DNA of 64,000 nucleotides, from positions 55,428,001 to 55,492,000 of the forward strand of contig NC_043009.1 of the NCBI RefSeq assembly GCF_006345805.1. Direction: 5' to 3'. The position numbers were made by a program, and so were the translations under genes. The stretch comes from Octopus sinensis. Taxonomy: Eukaryota. Position 1 is the stretch's first letter; every line of letters starts with the position of its first letter. The notes beneath the pieces were generated by a model. It did no database searches, was not told where the DNA came from, and saw nothing but the letters and a program-made list of their open reading frames with translations. Below are positions 26,649-39,310 of this stretch, one piece after another.

Positions 26649-28961
26649 CTGATATATATATATATATGGGCCGTGACTGCTGAAGATATGCGTAAGCTCG
26701 CAAGAAATGAAGCCAGTATGCTCTGATGGATGTGTAATGTCAGTGTTCATACTCGACAGAGTGTAAGTACCTTGAGAGAAAAGTTGGACCTAAGAAGCAT
26801 CAATTGTGGTGTGCAAGAGAGACGTTTGCGCTGGTATGGTCATGTAGCGAGAATGTATGAAGATAGTTGTGTGAAAAAGTGCCACACCCTAGCGGTTGAG
26901 GGAACCTGTGGAAGAAGTAGACCCAAGAAAACCTGGGACGAGGTGGTGAAGCACGACCTTCGAACTTTAGGTCTCACATATATACACATATATAGAGATA
27001 TATGCAATACACTACTGTATACAGACTCTGGAAGTATGCTGTGCGTGGGAAGACCCGGCAGGACAAGTGAGACCATAACCCATGACCTCTACCTGGGATG
27101 TAGCCAGCCCACTTATGCATACCTTTCCTTCTTGTGACACAAACCCTACTTGTGAAGACTTGTTGAGGCAAGTAAAAATCAAAATCAAAATCGAAATCGA
27201 TCAACATCAATGGAAATTATAGCTGTGATACCAGTGCCGGTGGTACGTAAGAGAACCATCCGAACGTGGCTGTTGCCAGCGCTGCCCCGACTGGCATCCG
27301 TGCCGGTGGCACGTAAAAAGCACCATCCGATTGTGGCCATTGCCAGCCTCATCTGGCCCCTGTGCCGGTGGCATGTAGAAAGCACCATCTGATCGTGACC
27401 GTTTGCCAGCCTCGTCTGGCACCTGTGCAGGTGGCACATAAAAGGCACCCACTACACTCATGGAGTGGTTGGCGTTAGGAAGGGCATCCAGCTGTAGAAA
27501 CACTGCCAGATCAGACTGGGCCTGGCACAGCCTTCTGGCTTCCCAGACCCCAGTTGAACTGTCCAACCCATGCTAGCATGGATAACGGACGTTAAACGAT
27601 GATGATGATGATGATGATATGCAATGTGTAGTAAGGTTTCAAAAAGTAGTATCGCATTGTATCAGCAAATCGTATGAAATACAGCTCCCCAGGGTTTCTT
27701 GGTCAAGATATTAATTCATTTCATCATTTATCACTCTGTTGAAAACAACAAAACCCATCATGTGTTTAAGGTTAAGTTGCTTGATAAATGGTGAAATAAA
27801 TTAATATCTCGACTAGGAAACCCTTGTGGTTTTTACTACTACTACTAGTACAACAACAACAACAACAACAATAATAATGATAAATGCTGATGTAGACCAA
27901 GCAACAACTCATCAGAGGCTGAGAAGTTAAGGACTGAAAGCAGAGACTGAAGGTTTCATATTGACAGCACAAGATCCAAGCTTGCTTATCAAAAACTACT
28001 AGGCTAATATTCTTCAAAATGGTTCTGACCCTAAATGGAGTTTCTGTGACACATTTGATGAAACAATAGGCCATCTTGTCTCGGGATGTCCAGTGCTGAC
28101 ACCAAACGAATATAAAAATTGCCATGATAGGGTAGGACAGTATTTACATTGGGAAATATCAAAACACTAGAAAATCAGCACTCCTGCATACTGGTATCAA
28201 CATCATTCTGAGCCAGTCGTTGAAAGTAAAAATGTCACTATCCTCTGAGATATTTCAGTCAACACCGACAGAACCATCCAGGTTAATCAACCACACATGA
28301 TTATTAAAGACAGGGGAGAAAATACTTCTAGACTAATAGATGTAAGTGTTTCCACTGATAAAAATATATCTGTAAAGAAATTTAACAAATTAAGTAAATA
28401 TAAGGACCAGGAAATTGAAATACAAAAGGTGTGGCATCATAAAGCAAGGACTGTTCTTGTTATTGTAGGCGTCCTTGGCATGATAAAAGAGGAATGTCAG
28501 AAACATCGAGATAAGATCCCAGAAAGAACCATGTCTCAGAGAAATCCCAAAGCTTGTGCTGACAAGTACTGCCAATATCCTTAGAAAAACCCTATCCATT
28601 TAAATGTCTGTGTTGTATTACATGAAGATATTTCACTACTGCCCCTGTGTATGTCTGTACAAACATACGTGCATGCACACACACCTATATTTATTGTGTG
28701 TGTGTGTGTGTGTGCATGTATGTGATTGTTAAGCACAGTGCGGTGTGAAAAGACAGGTTTTACAATGCTACATATAGCACATCAAGGGTTGCTATGACAA
28801 CTGACAGATAAACATAAACACTTAGTTTCTCCCTCTTCACACACACACATAAACATGTATATATATGATGATGATGATGATATATATATATATATACACA
28901 TATGTGTGTGTGTATATACACATATGTAACATATATATATATGTATGTATGTGTGTGTGTA

Positions 28962-28996
<35 letters not shown>

Positions 28997-30317
28997 GTAT
29001 GTGTGTGTATGTATATATATGTATATATTTATATGTATATATATACATATATATATGTATATGTGTGTATGTATATATTTATATGTATATATATAGATAT
29101 ATATATACACACACATACATACATACATATATATATATGTATGTATGTATCTATGTATACATATATCCTCATTTTTCTATACCTGCAAGGTTTAGGCACG
29201 TCTTCTCTATCATGGAATCTTGTCCTTTGTCACCTCCCTTGTGACATTTACACAATTTCTATCTACCAACATATGTATACTTCCCACGCCTTCCTTTGCC
29301 TAAGCTCCTTCACCTTGAAGTCATCAGCCATGTGTTATATAATAAGTTCACCTGTACTCTTGAATCATCAACTATGATGTACTTTATATCTCATATTCTG
29401 CAGTTTATATGTTTCTCTCTCTCTAATTGTGCTCTTCAATATGTAAATTTTTCAATATTATTAGAAACTAGAGATTTTGGTGAAATGCAGTCAGTTCAGG
29501 ATAACAATAATAGAATCATAACTATTGCATGAATTTGTATTAAATTTACTGATATGATATATTGATTGATGGTATGTACAGTGAAAGTGGTTTTTATCTA
29601 TTGTTGATTTTTTACACCTGTGATCATGCTCTTTCACCTGCGAAATTTAGTTGAATACAGTGAAGTTGGTCATATGTGTATTCATATATATTTATAAGAA
29701 ATTGATTCCTGGTCACAGATTTTATAATTAAGTCACTAATAAACAAAAAATAATGAATATATCATTAATAAATAATAGTACTGAATTCTAACTCACTCTT
29801 AGAAATATTGACCAACATAAAGTTTGAAAACTGAAGGGAGGCAAAATACGGAGAAACTTTGTTGATGAAATGCAAAGGAAAAAAACAACAAACACATGTG
29901 GTGCTGACAGGAAGTCTTTTCACAGGAAGTTCTTTCCAAAATGAGGCTAAATTATATTCTCATGTGTATGAGTGCTTAGTTACAGCATTTGACAGCTAAA
30001 TTTTGTGAATAGCAGCTTCATGCAAATTAGGTGACTGCTGCTGATTTTTGCAGCAGTCTAGGTCATTATTGTTGCCTGTTTTGATCCGCTAACTATTTGT
30101 TATTTTCTTTTTATACTCTTATATATATTGATTGATTGATTGATTCTAGTTTCAGCTCACGAGCTGTGGCCATGCTGGGGCACCGCCATTTAAATTAAGA
30201 TGCCACCCCGGCGGGGAATCGAAACCCGGTCTCCCGCGTGACAGGTGGGGATACTTACCACTATACTACCGAGAAAATATATTTTCCCGAAAATTTTTTT
30301 ATCCTATATTAATTATA

Positions 30318-30353
<36 letters not shown>

Positions 30354-30409
30354 TGTATGTATGTATGTGTGTATGTGTGTATGTATGTATGTGTGTATGT
30401 GTGTATGTA

Positions 30410-30457
<48 letters not shown>

Positions 30458-30597
30458 GTGTGTGTGTGTATGTATGTATGTATGTATGTATGTTGTATGT
30501 ATGTATGTATGTATGTATGAATGTATGTATGTATGTATGTATGTATGTATGTATGTATGTATGTGTGTGTGTGTGTGTGTGTGTTGTGTGTGTGTGT

Positions 30598-30638
<41 letters not shown>

Positions 30639-30744
30639 TGTATGTTAATAGAAATGACAAGACAACAAAAGAATGAAAGAGATCTCAATATTACGTAAAT
30701 AGAGGAATTTATCTGTAAATATAATATGTGACAATTATGTTTAC

Positions 30745-30842
<98 letters not shown>

Positions 30843-31377
30843 CTATATATTATATTTACAGATATATATATATTTCTTTTACTTGTTTCAGTCATTTCAC
30901 TGCGACCATGCTGGAGCACCACCCTTTTGTTGAGCAAATCAACTCCAGGACTTATTCTTTGGAAGCCTAGTACTTATTCTATCGGTCTCTTTTACTGAAC
31001 CGTTAAGTTATGGTGACGTAAACACACCACCATCGGTTGTCAAGCAATATTGTGGGGTCAAACATAGACACACAAACATATACACACATACATATATATC
31101 ATCATCATCATCATCATGTACCGTCCGCTTTCCATGCTAGCATGGGTTGGACGGTTCAACTGGGGTCTGTGAAGCCAGAAGGCTGCACCAGGCCCAGTCT
31201 GATCTGGCAGTGTTTCTACGGCTGGATGCCCTTCCTAACGCCAACCACTCAGTGAGTGTAGTGGGTGCTTTTTATGTGCCACCCGCACAGGTGCCAGACG
31301 GAGCTGGCAAACGGCCACGGACGGATGGTGCTTTTTAAGTGCCACCATATATACACACACACACACACATATATATG

Positions 31378-31409
<32 letters not shown>

Positions 31410-31776
31410 CATATAGTTATCCGTAATAATGAAGGGTGAAATTAATTAATTTGGAATAATTATCAATTACACCAAGTAGTCTTCGGCATGTAAAAGCCTC
31501 ATTCGAGGAAAATTTAAGTAATACTAAGCAATAAAGGGTTTAGCAACGAATTGCCTTACCACATACCGAATTTAGAAATAGCAGTCAAAGAGTTATAGCT
31601 ATTTCTTCTACTAAAAAGGGAGATCTCAGTAAAAACAGCAATTGCTGTTTTTACTGAGATCTCCCTTTTTAGTAGAAGAAATAGCTATAACTCTTTGACT
31701 GCTATTTCTAAATTCGGTATGTGGTAAGGCAATTCGTTGCTAAACCCTTTATTGCTTAGTATATATACATATATAT

Positions 31777-31868
<92 letters not shown>

Positions 31869-34800
31869 TATGATGGGCTTGTGGACGATTCTACGTCTTT
31901 GTTTACACCTACTAGGGTTACTACTATTGCTGTTCTCAGCCCGTCATTTTTTGTCGCCACTGCTGGTGACCAGTTCCACTCCCTTTTGGCTTCTTTCCCA
32001 GCACTGGTAGATCTGACTTTCAAATCAATCAAAGTCACACAGTCAACTCGCCATTATATCGCTACTTCTGGACCACCCATCTTTTCGCGTCCATGGCGAT
32101 TTGCTCCTGATCGGGCTCAAAAAGGCTTGATCTCACTTCTGTCTGTTGTACTATGATTTGTTGTCTTGTATTATCCAAGTAATTTAGTTCCATCAATGTT
32201 CTGTATCTATGCTGTTTTTTTTTTTCATTTCTGTAAAATGCTTTTGTAACAGATGAAATAAAAGCATTATATTTTGAACTTATATGCAGTATAATTAAAA
32301 TGAGATATGTGAAAGCAAAAAAAAAAAAACTAGAGGTGATGGAGTAAAACTGTTCAGAAAATTTAATTTACCCCACCAAAATTAGTAAAAAGCACTTGTT
32401 CACATCCTTGCCTCAAAGCAAAAAAAAAAAAAAAAAAATTGTAGGTATTGTTGAAACAGTGACTGGAATTTTGAAATATCCATGATGTGGTTTGCTTTCT
32501 ATCTTTCCTAACACACACAAGCTCAAACACATATCATCATCATCAGCATCATCATCATTGCCATCATTATCGACCCCGAAAGGATGAAAGCAGAGGTCGA
32601 CTTTGCCTTTCATCCTTTCGGGGTCGATAAATAAAGTACCAGTTTCCCACTGGAGTCGATGTAATCGACTTAATCCCTTTGTCTGTCCTTGTTTGTCCCC
32701 TCTATGTTTAGCCCCTTGCGGGCAGTAAAGAAATACATTATCATCATGTTTACTTTTTCAATGCTATAAAACATTGGACAAAACTTGTTGCTGCAATAGT
32801 CTGCGTCCAAATTCCCCTCTTTGATATACTCATTTCATCCAGTTTTCCCTATTTCTTGACCTCAGAAAACTCGAAACAGTTTTGGGAAACAGCATTGTCT
32901 TTTAAAAAAAAACCCTTAAAAGTGTATATAAAAAGAAAAATAATTGTACTGACATTGCATAATTCTCCACAAGTCCCCATAGCTTCTTATTTTCATTGGA
33001 TAGTGTACTCTCTAATTTCATTCTGAAAACAAAGAGAATATAAGAAAATATTTACTATTAGAAATGTCCTCACTTTCTCTCGATTCCTAAACTACCAACA
33101 TTCTATGAAGAAGAGAAAAATTAAAAGCAAAAAAAGAAAAATCACATTCTATGAATTTCCTTTAGATTGTAATGTCTAACTGTCTAGTTCACTTACCACT
33201 TCTCCACTCATGGATATGCCGTGAAGGGAAGACAAGTCAATATATTTATTGCATCCATGGAGCTGTAGAGCATGTCACATAGTCATTAAATATAAACCAT
33301 ATATATCTGTCTTAGAGTCTCCACCTCCGAATTTCTGTTGGGGTTTACTCATTTAGCCTAGCCTTTTTTAAATGCTTAATAAATTACCCAACAAGGCAGC
33401 ATAGGTTTATTATTATAGTGGGCATGACTGTGCAGAGACAGTCCTTTTTTCTTGTCCTTCAAACTTGTATTAGTCTGGTGCAACAAGTGCCATGGACCTT
33501 ATAGTTATCAGAATGCAGGATTTGTATGAAGTTACCTTTTCTTAGATGAGGATCTAAAGAGCCAAATGACATTATCTGCCTTAGTTTTATTGGGGTATGA
33601 GTGAGTGACTTTCTTCTAGAGACAATTCTGTGACATGCTAATTTATCCATAGTTGGAACCCTGACATGTACTACTACTCTGTCAGAGAAGATCTAGGAAC
33701 AACAGTGCTCAATATTACAAGTTTGGACTTGAAATGTTTGGTCACTGTTATTCCATTAACTTGGTCATACCACTTTCTGTTTGCTTCAAAGAAGAGTAGC
33801 AGGGGTAGGTAATTGCCCACAATGCACTTCTGATGTTACCCCTATTAGCGGGAAAATTGTGTTCACATCACTAGACATAGCCTCTCTCCTTTATGACTGA
33901 GAAGAGGGGAGCAACATGAAATGAAGTATTTTGCCTAAAAATACAATGCGCTGTTTGGTCTATGAATTGAAACCTTGATTGTGTGATCGTTAGTGCAACA
34001 CCTTAAATGTTTATATATAAAACTTAAGTTGTGTGTGTGAGAGTCTGTCTACTCCGATTTAGATTCCTAACTACTCCCACATTTTGCGGTGCAGTTTAAC
34101 CAAAACCGGGTATCCTATAGTCGTGATTCATATCGAGCCCTTCTGGGTATTAGCGCGCGTCTGCGATGAGTCTACGATTTAAAAAAAAATTACCATCATT
34201 ATTTTCGTTTTTTTAATGCATTTTTACTCGGTTTTATATAAGGGAAGTAACTCTCTAAAAATGCTTATATACTTATTTCCCTTACAAACTCGAGCAACGC
34301 CGGGCGATACTGCTAGTTATATATAAAAATGTAGATGATTAACATTAATTTTATAATTAACAGACTGCAATTTACGAGTATTCATATATTGCCAGAAAAT
34401 TTACCTGTCGCGCCAATCCTCAAATGGAATGGTTCGGACACTGTATCCATGACTGTTCATCCATTCAAACACCCAACTGGAATACCAGGAAAAATGACAG
34501 AAAATGAATTAGTGAATAATAACAATGATAATAAAATAATAATAATAATAATAATAATATAATAATAATAATGATAATAATAATAATAATAATAATAATA
34601 ATCTGCAACCTAACATATGAAACAAAGTGGATTGCCAGTGTATCCAATGCCGCTCATGTCGAGTGCACAGAGGCACGTTGACGGTGAGCGGAATGAAACT
34701 GCCAGCATCTACTAGATTCAAACGAGCCACTTGGATGTGTTAGCATCGAAGTCAAAGGTTTACTTTTGGGACAGCAATTGTATATCACCTGAGGAGATAC

Positions 34801-36535
34801 AACTAGATCTCATTATCCAGGTAAACCGTTGCTTACTTCAAATCCTGTGTATATGTGGATCTATGCTGTATCGAAACATGTGTAGTGTTTATTAAATAGC
34901 TGTCTATCTAACTGTAATCCCTCTTGACTCTATTTTATCCAATTATATATATATATATATATATTAATAGTAAAAGGGTAAAACTTATTAATTAAATTAA
35001 TTAATTAATCAATCAATTAATTAATAATTTCACCAAGTAGATCGGTACGTTAAAATAACCTTTATAGGTAAAATTATACAAATATTTTATAATTATAAAC
35101 ATAGCTATAATTAGGGTTCAGCTAATTGCTTCACCAAATACCGAATTTAGAAATAGGAGTTAAAATTCCTTTTCTACTGCTATAAGAATCTCCATGACGA
35201 TAATATACTTTTTTATGAAGGCAAAGAGATTAATTATGTTTATAATTATGGCTGGTCAGAGATTGCCCTTTGGTTTCACACCTATAAAGCATTTATCTGT
35301 ATAGGCGACTCATCGGATACAAATGTGTCTTATGACACATAACATATTTTGTGGTAAGAAGTTTGCTTCTCAACTATGTTGTTTTGTGTTCAATTCCACT
35401 ACATGGTGCCTTGGGCAAGTGCCTTCTACTAATGCTCCAGGCCAAGAAAAGTCTTTTGAGTGGATTTAGTTGACAGAAACTGAAAGAAGCCTATTGTATA
35501 TATATGTGTGTGTGCATGCACCCTTGTGTGTCTGTGCTTGTCCCTCATCATCCCTTGACAATTAGTGCTGGTTTATTTACATCCCAGTGACTTAGTGGTT
35601 CAGCAAAATTGATTGATGGAATAAGTACTGGTGTTTAGTTATTCAACTAAAACCTTTCAAGATAGTGTCCCAGCATGGCCAGGGTTCAATTACTGAAGCA
35701 TATAAAAGATTGGCATGTAAAAAGCACTATTTAAATGTGGTCGATGCCAGGTCCACCTGACTGGCTCCTGTGCTGGTGGCATGTAAAAAGCACCATCCAA
35801 ATGTGGCCGATGCCAGGTCCACCTGACTGGCTCCTGTGCTGGTAGCATGTAAAAAGCACCATCCAAATGTGGCCGATGCCAGGTCCACCTGACTGGCTCC
35901 CATGCTGGTAGCATGTAAAAAGCACCATCCAAATATGGCCAATGCCAGTGCTCCTTGACTGGATCCTGTGCTGGTGGCATGTAAAAATCACCATATGAAC
36001 GTGGTCGATGCCAGGTCCACCTGACTGGCTCCTATGCTGGTGGCATGTTAAAAGCACTATCCAAATGTGGCCAATGCCAGTGCTCTTCGACTCGATCCTG
36101 TGCTGGTAGCATGTAAAAAAACACCCACTACACTCTTGGAGTGGTTGGCATTAGGAAGGGCATCGAGCTGTAGAAACATTGCTGGGTCAGATTGGAGCCT
36201 TGTGCAGCCACTAGCTTTCCAGACCTTAGTCAAACCATGCAACCCATGCCGTGGAAAACGGACGCTAAATGATGATGATGATGATGATGATGTAGATATG
36301 TATATTACAAACTAGTTAGTCCATTACTTACTTTTACTTGTTTCAGTCATTTGACTGCGGCCATGCTGGAGCACCGCCTGTAGTCAAGCAAATCGACCCC
36401 GGGGCTTATTCTTTGTAAGCCTAGTACTTATTCTATTGGTCTCTTTTGCGGAACCGCTAAGTGACGGGGACGTAAACACACCAGCATCGGTTGTCAAGTA
36501 ATGCTAGGGGGACAAACACAGACACACAAACATAT

Positions 36536-36584
<49 letters not shown>

Positions 36585-38614
36585 TACGACAGGCTTCTTT
36601 CAGTTTCCGTCTACCAAATCCACTCACAAGGCATTGGTCGGCCCGAGGCTATAGCAGAAGACACTTGCCCAAGATGTCACGCAGTGGGACTGAACCCGGA
36701 ACCATGTGGTTGGTAAGCAAGCTACTTACCACACAGCCACTCCTGCGCCATTGTCCATATTTGATTCTTAATTGAAGTTACATAGTTGTGAACACTATTG
36801 AGAAAGGCATGAATATTACATAATCATGCTTGCTTTCACATTTCCCTTTATGATACAAATTTGTGATTGTGTTAAGAGAGAGAGAGAGAGAGGGAGGGAG
36901 GGAGAGTGAGAAAGAGGTTAAGGGATAAAGATAAAGAGGAGGAAATAGAGAGAAAGAGAAAGAAACAAATACAGAGAATGGGAGAGAGACAGAGAGAGAG
37001 AGAGTAGAAATAAAGATAGTTTACCTGCTCTTTACTGGTCTTGTGTTGATAATGTGTAAAACTTTGCCAACTGCTAAAGAAAGGTTCTGAGTTATACGAA
37101 CAATGATGTTGGCTGTGAAATCTACGGGAGTCATTTCCATTCTCCAGTCAATATCTGGAGCAATGTGGAATTTTGTAGCAGACTGGAGCATTAGCAGGGT
37201 GAAGTCTTGTGGATTCCAACAGACATTATCTCTGTCACCTGCTAAATTACCTACAGAAGATAGAAATACATAATGGAAAACAGAAACACAGAAACTAAAA
37301 AGTAAAAAATAAAAAGTAAAAAGGTAAAAGAGCTATCTTCCTTAGACCTTAAATGACAAGGCTGGAAAGATCTCAATTTAATCAGGAATAGGCAGAATTT
37401 TCCAATTCTTCAAAATATATTTATACATATGCATGCAATCATTGAAAATTTCCGACCTAGAGTACAATAGAGAGTTAGGGATCTTAGATCTGAACAGGAT
37501 CTGCACTTTTTCAGTCAAACAAAGCCCACATTTATTTGATCCATTCACATAAGGTATGGATTTCTCAATTACTTTCTATTTAATCACTTGCGGTGTTTCG
37601 TTATCTTTCAAATGCCATATGTAGCTAGAGAACTTGGTAGCTTTACATTTGTCCTTATATTGGAAGGAAGCTATGTGATTGGCATAGTGATCTTTAAATT
37701 CACATTCACTTAATTCAGTATGGGTCTTCTTGTCAGTTGCATTATTATTTAGGGTTGCAGTAACTGCATCATATATGATAGATTTAATCAGACATCGTTG
37801 GTCAAGTGGACAGGATCCTGGGTCACAACAGTTGCAACTGGATCTAGGCTCTTGGTATTGACCATGTGTAATGATACTCTTCATATTGGGATAGCAGCTA
37901 TATAATTAATTTCACAGGGCATCTATTAAATATTTTCCTGCATCTGTGAGTGGCTGGAAAGTGTTTGTCTAGGAGTGACAGGAATCATAGTAGCATGGTG
38001 TATACCATCTCCTACGTTTATCCCCAGGTATTTATAGGTAATTATTATTATTATTATCATTGAGTGAGAGAGCAGTTCATGCCATCAAAGTGACACTGGG
38101 GTAAAATATACGAAGCCCAATATACCCATCATGACTACCCGCCTGATAAAGGTACACCAGGCACATGCATCACAACCATATGTGCGCAACATGGTGATCT
38201 CATATCAAGATAAACAGCACATGACCTTGCAGGTGGGGCCCAGTTAGAATTTTCTTCAGGTTGAGTAGCCCATCCCGCTCAAACGGTCCCTGAATAAGGG
38301 TTGTTTAAGGATGTTGAAAGAACCACCCATGTTTCCAGAGGTGAACTATTCAAACCCCAAAGAATCCCTCTCAACACATGGCTATGATGCTCCCCCACTA
38401 CTTCTGCTCGTGATCAGAGATGCACATATCGTCAGCCACTAAGGGACATGCTCAACTGGTTAAGGTCAAACAACTGACAAGCAAATCTGTGGTATTGAGC
38501 AGAATATTTGCTGTAGCCCATCTTTTATACCAAGACAAAACAATGTACATGATAACACTTCCAATCAGTTAAGATCAGAAGCCATGAGAGCCACTGCCTG
38601 GTACTGCATCAGGG

Positions 38615-38648
<34 letters not shown>

Positions 38649-39048
38649 TAGGCGGTAGATCACAACGGGAAGCCCTCTTTTCTTAGCCTTCTGTACAAGT
38701 TGCTCAGCCACCCACTTTGACTGTGAATAACCTTCTGTAAGCTGTTCGTGGTAAATGGTGATGTCACTGTCCTCACTACACTTCTGTAGACCATGGGGAA
38801 ACACAGCATCAGTACTGGAAGGAAAAAAAACCAATGACGTTATTTTAAGGGTGGATTTCTGTATTTTTAAAATTGGTATACGAATAAGAGGTGTCAGTTG
38901 TCTGACCCTATTACAGAAGAAAAGACAAAAAAAAGACCAAAGAAAAGCTCTTTGCTTCTGTTTTAGAAGAACAGGACATAAAAATGAATGAATAAATATA
39001 TCTAAGTATATGCATATGCATATGTATTATGTATGTGTGTATGTGTGT

Positions 39049-39122
<74 letters not shown>

Positions 39123-39271
39123 GAAAGCGCATGGCTTAGTGGTTAGGGCATTTGGCTCCCGATTGTAGGGTTGTGAGTTCGACCTTGAGCAAGACATTTT
39201 ATTTCACATTGCTCCAGTCCACTCAGCTGGGACCCTCGTTGTTGTAGCTGATGGAGTGCTCCTTATATATA

Positions 39272-39310
<39 letters not shown>

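Noticed and set aside
28760-30937. Long YI/HT/CV-repeat ORFs (also at about 47500, 55600, 61000 and 62700-63300)
   Set aside because: Artefacts of (TA)n, (CA)n and (TATG)n microsatellites.
33195-33260. Candidate exon with gtaagt donor between exons 13 and 15
   Set aside because: No frame gives R-domain-like sequence with the required phase 2-2, and the HEWRS frame contains a TGA; 32954-33022 fits better.
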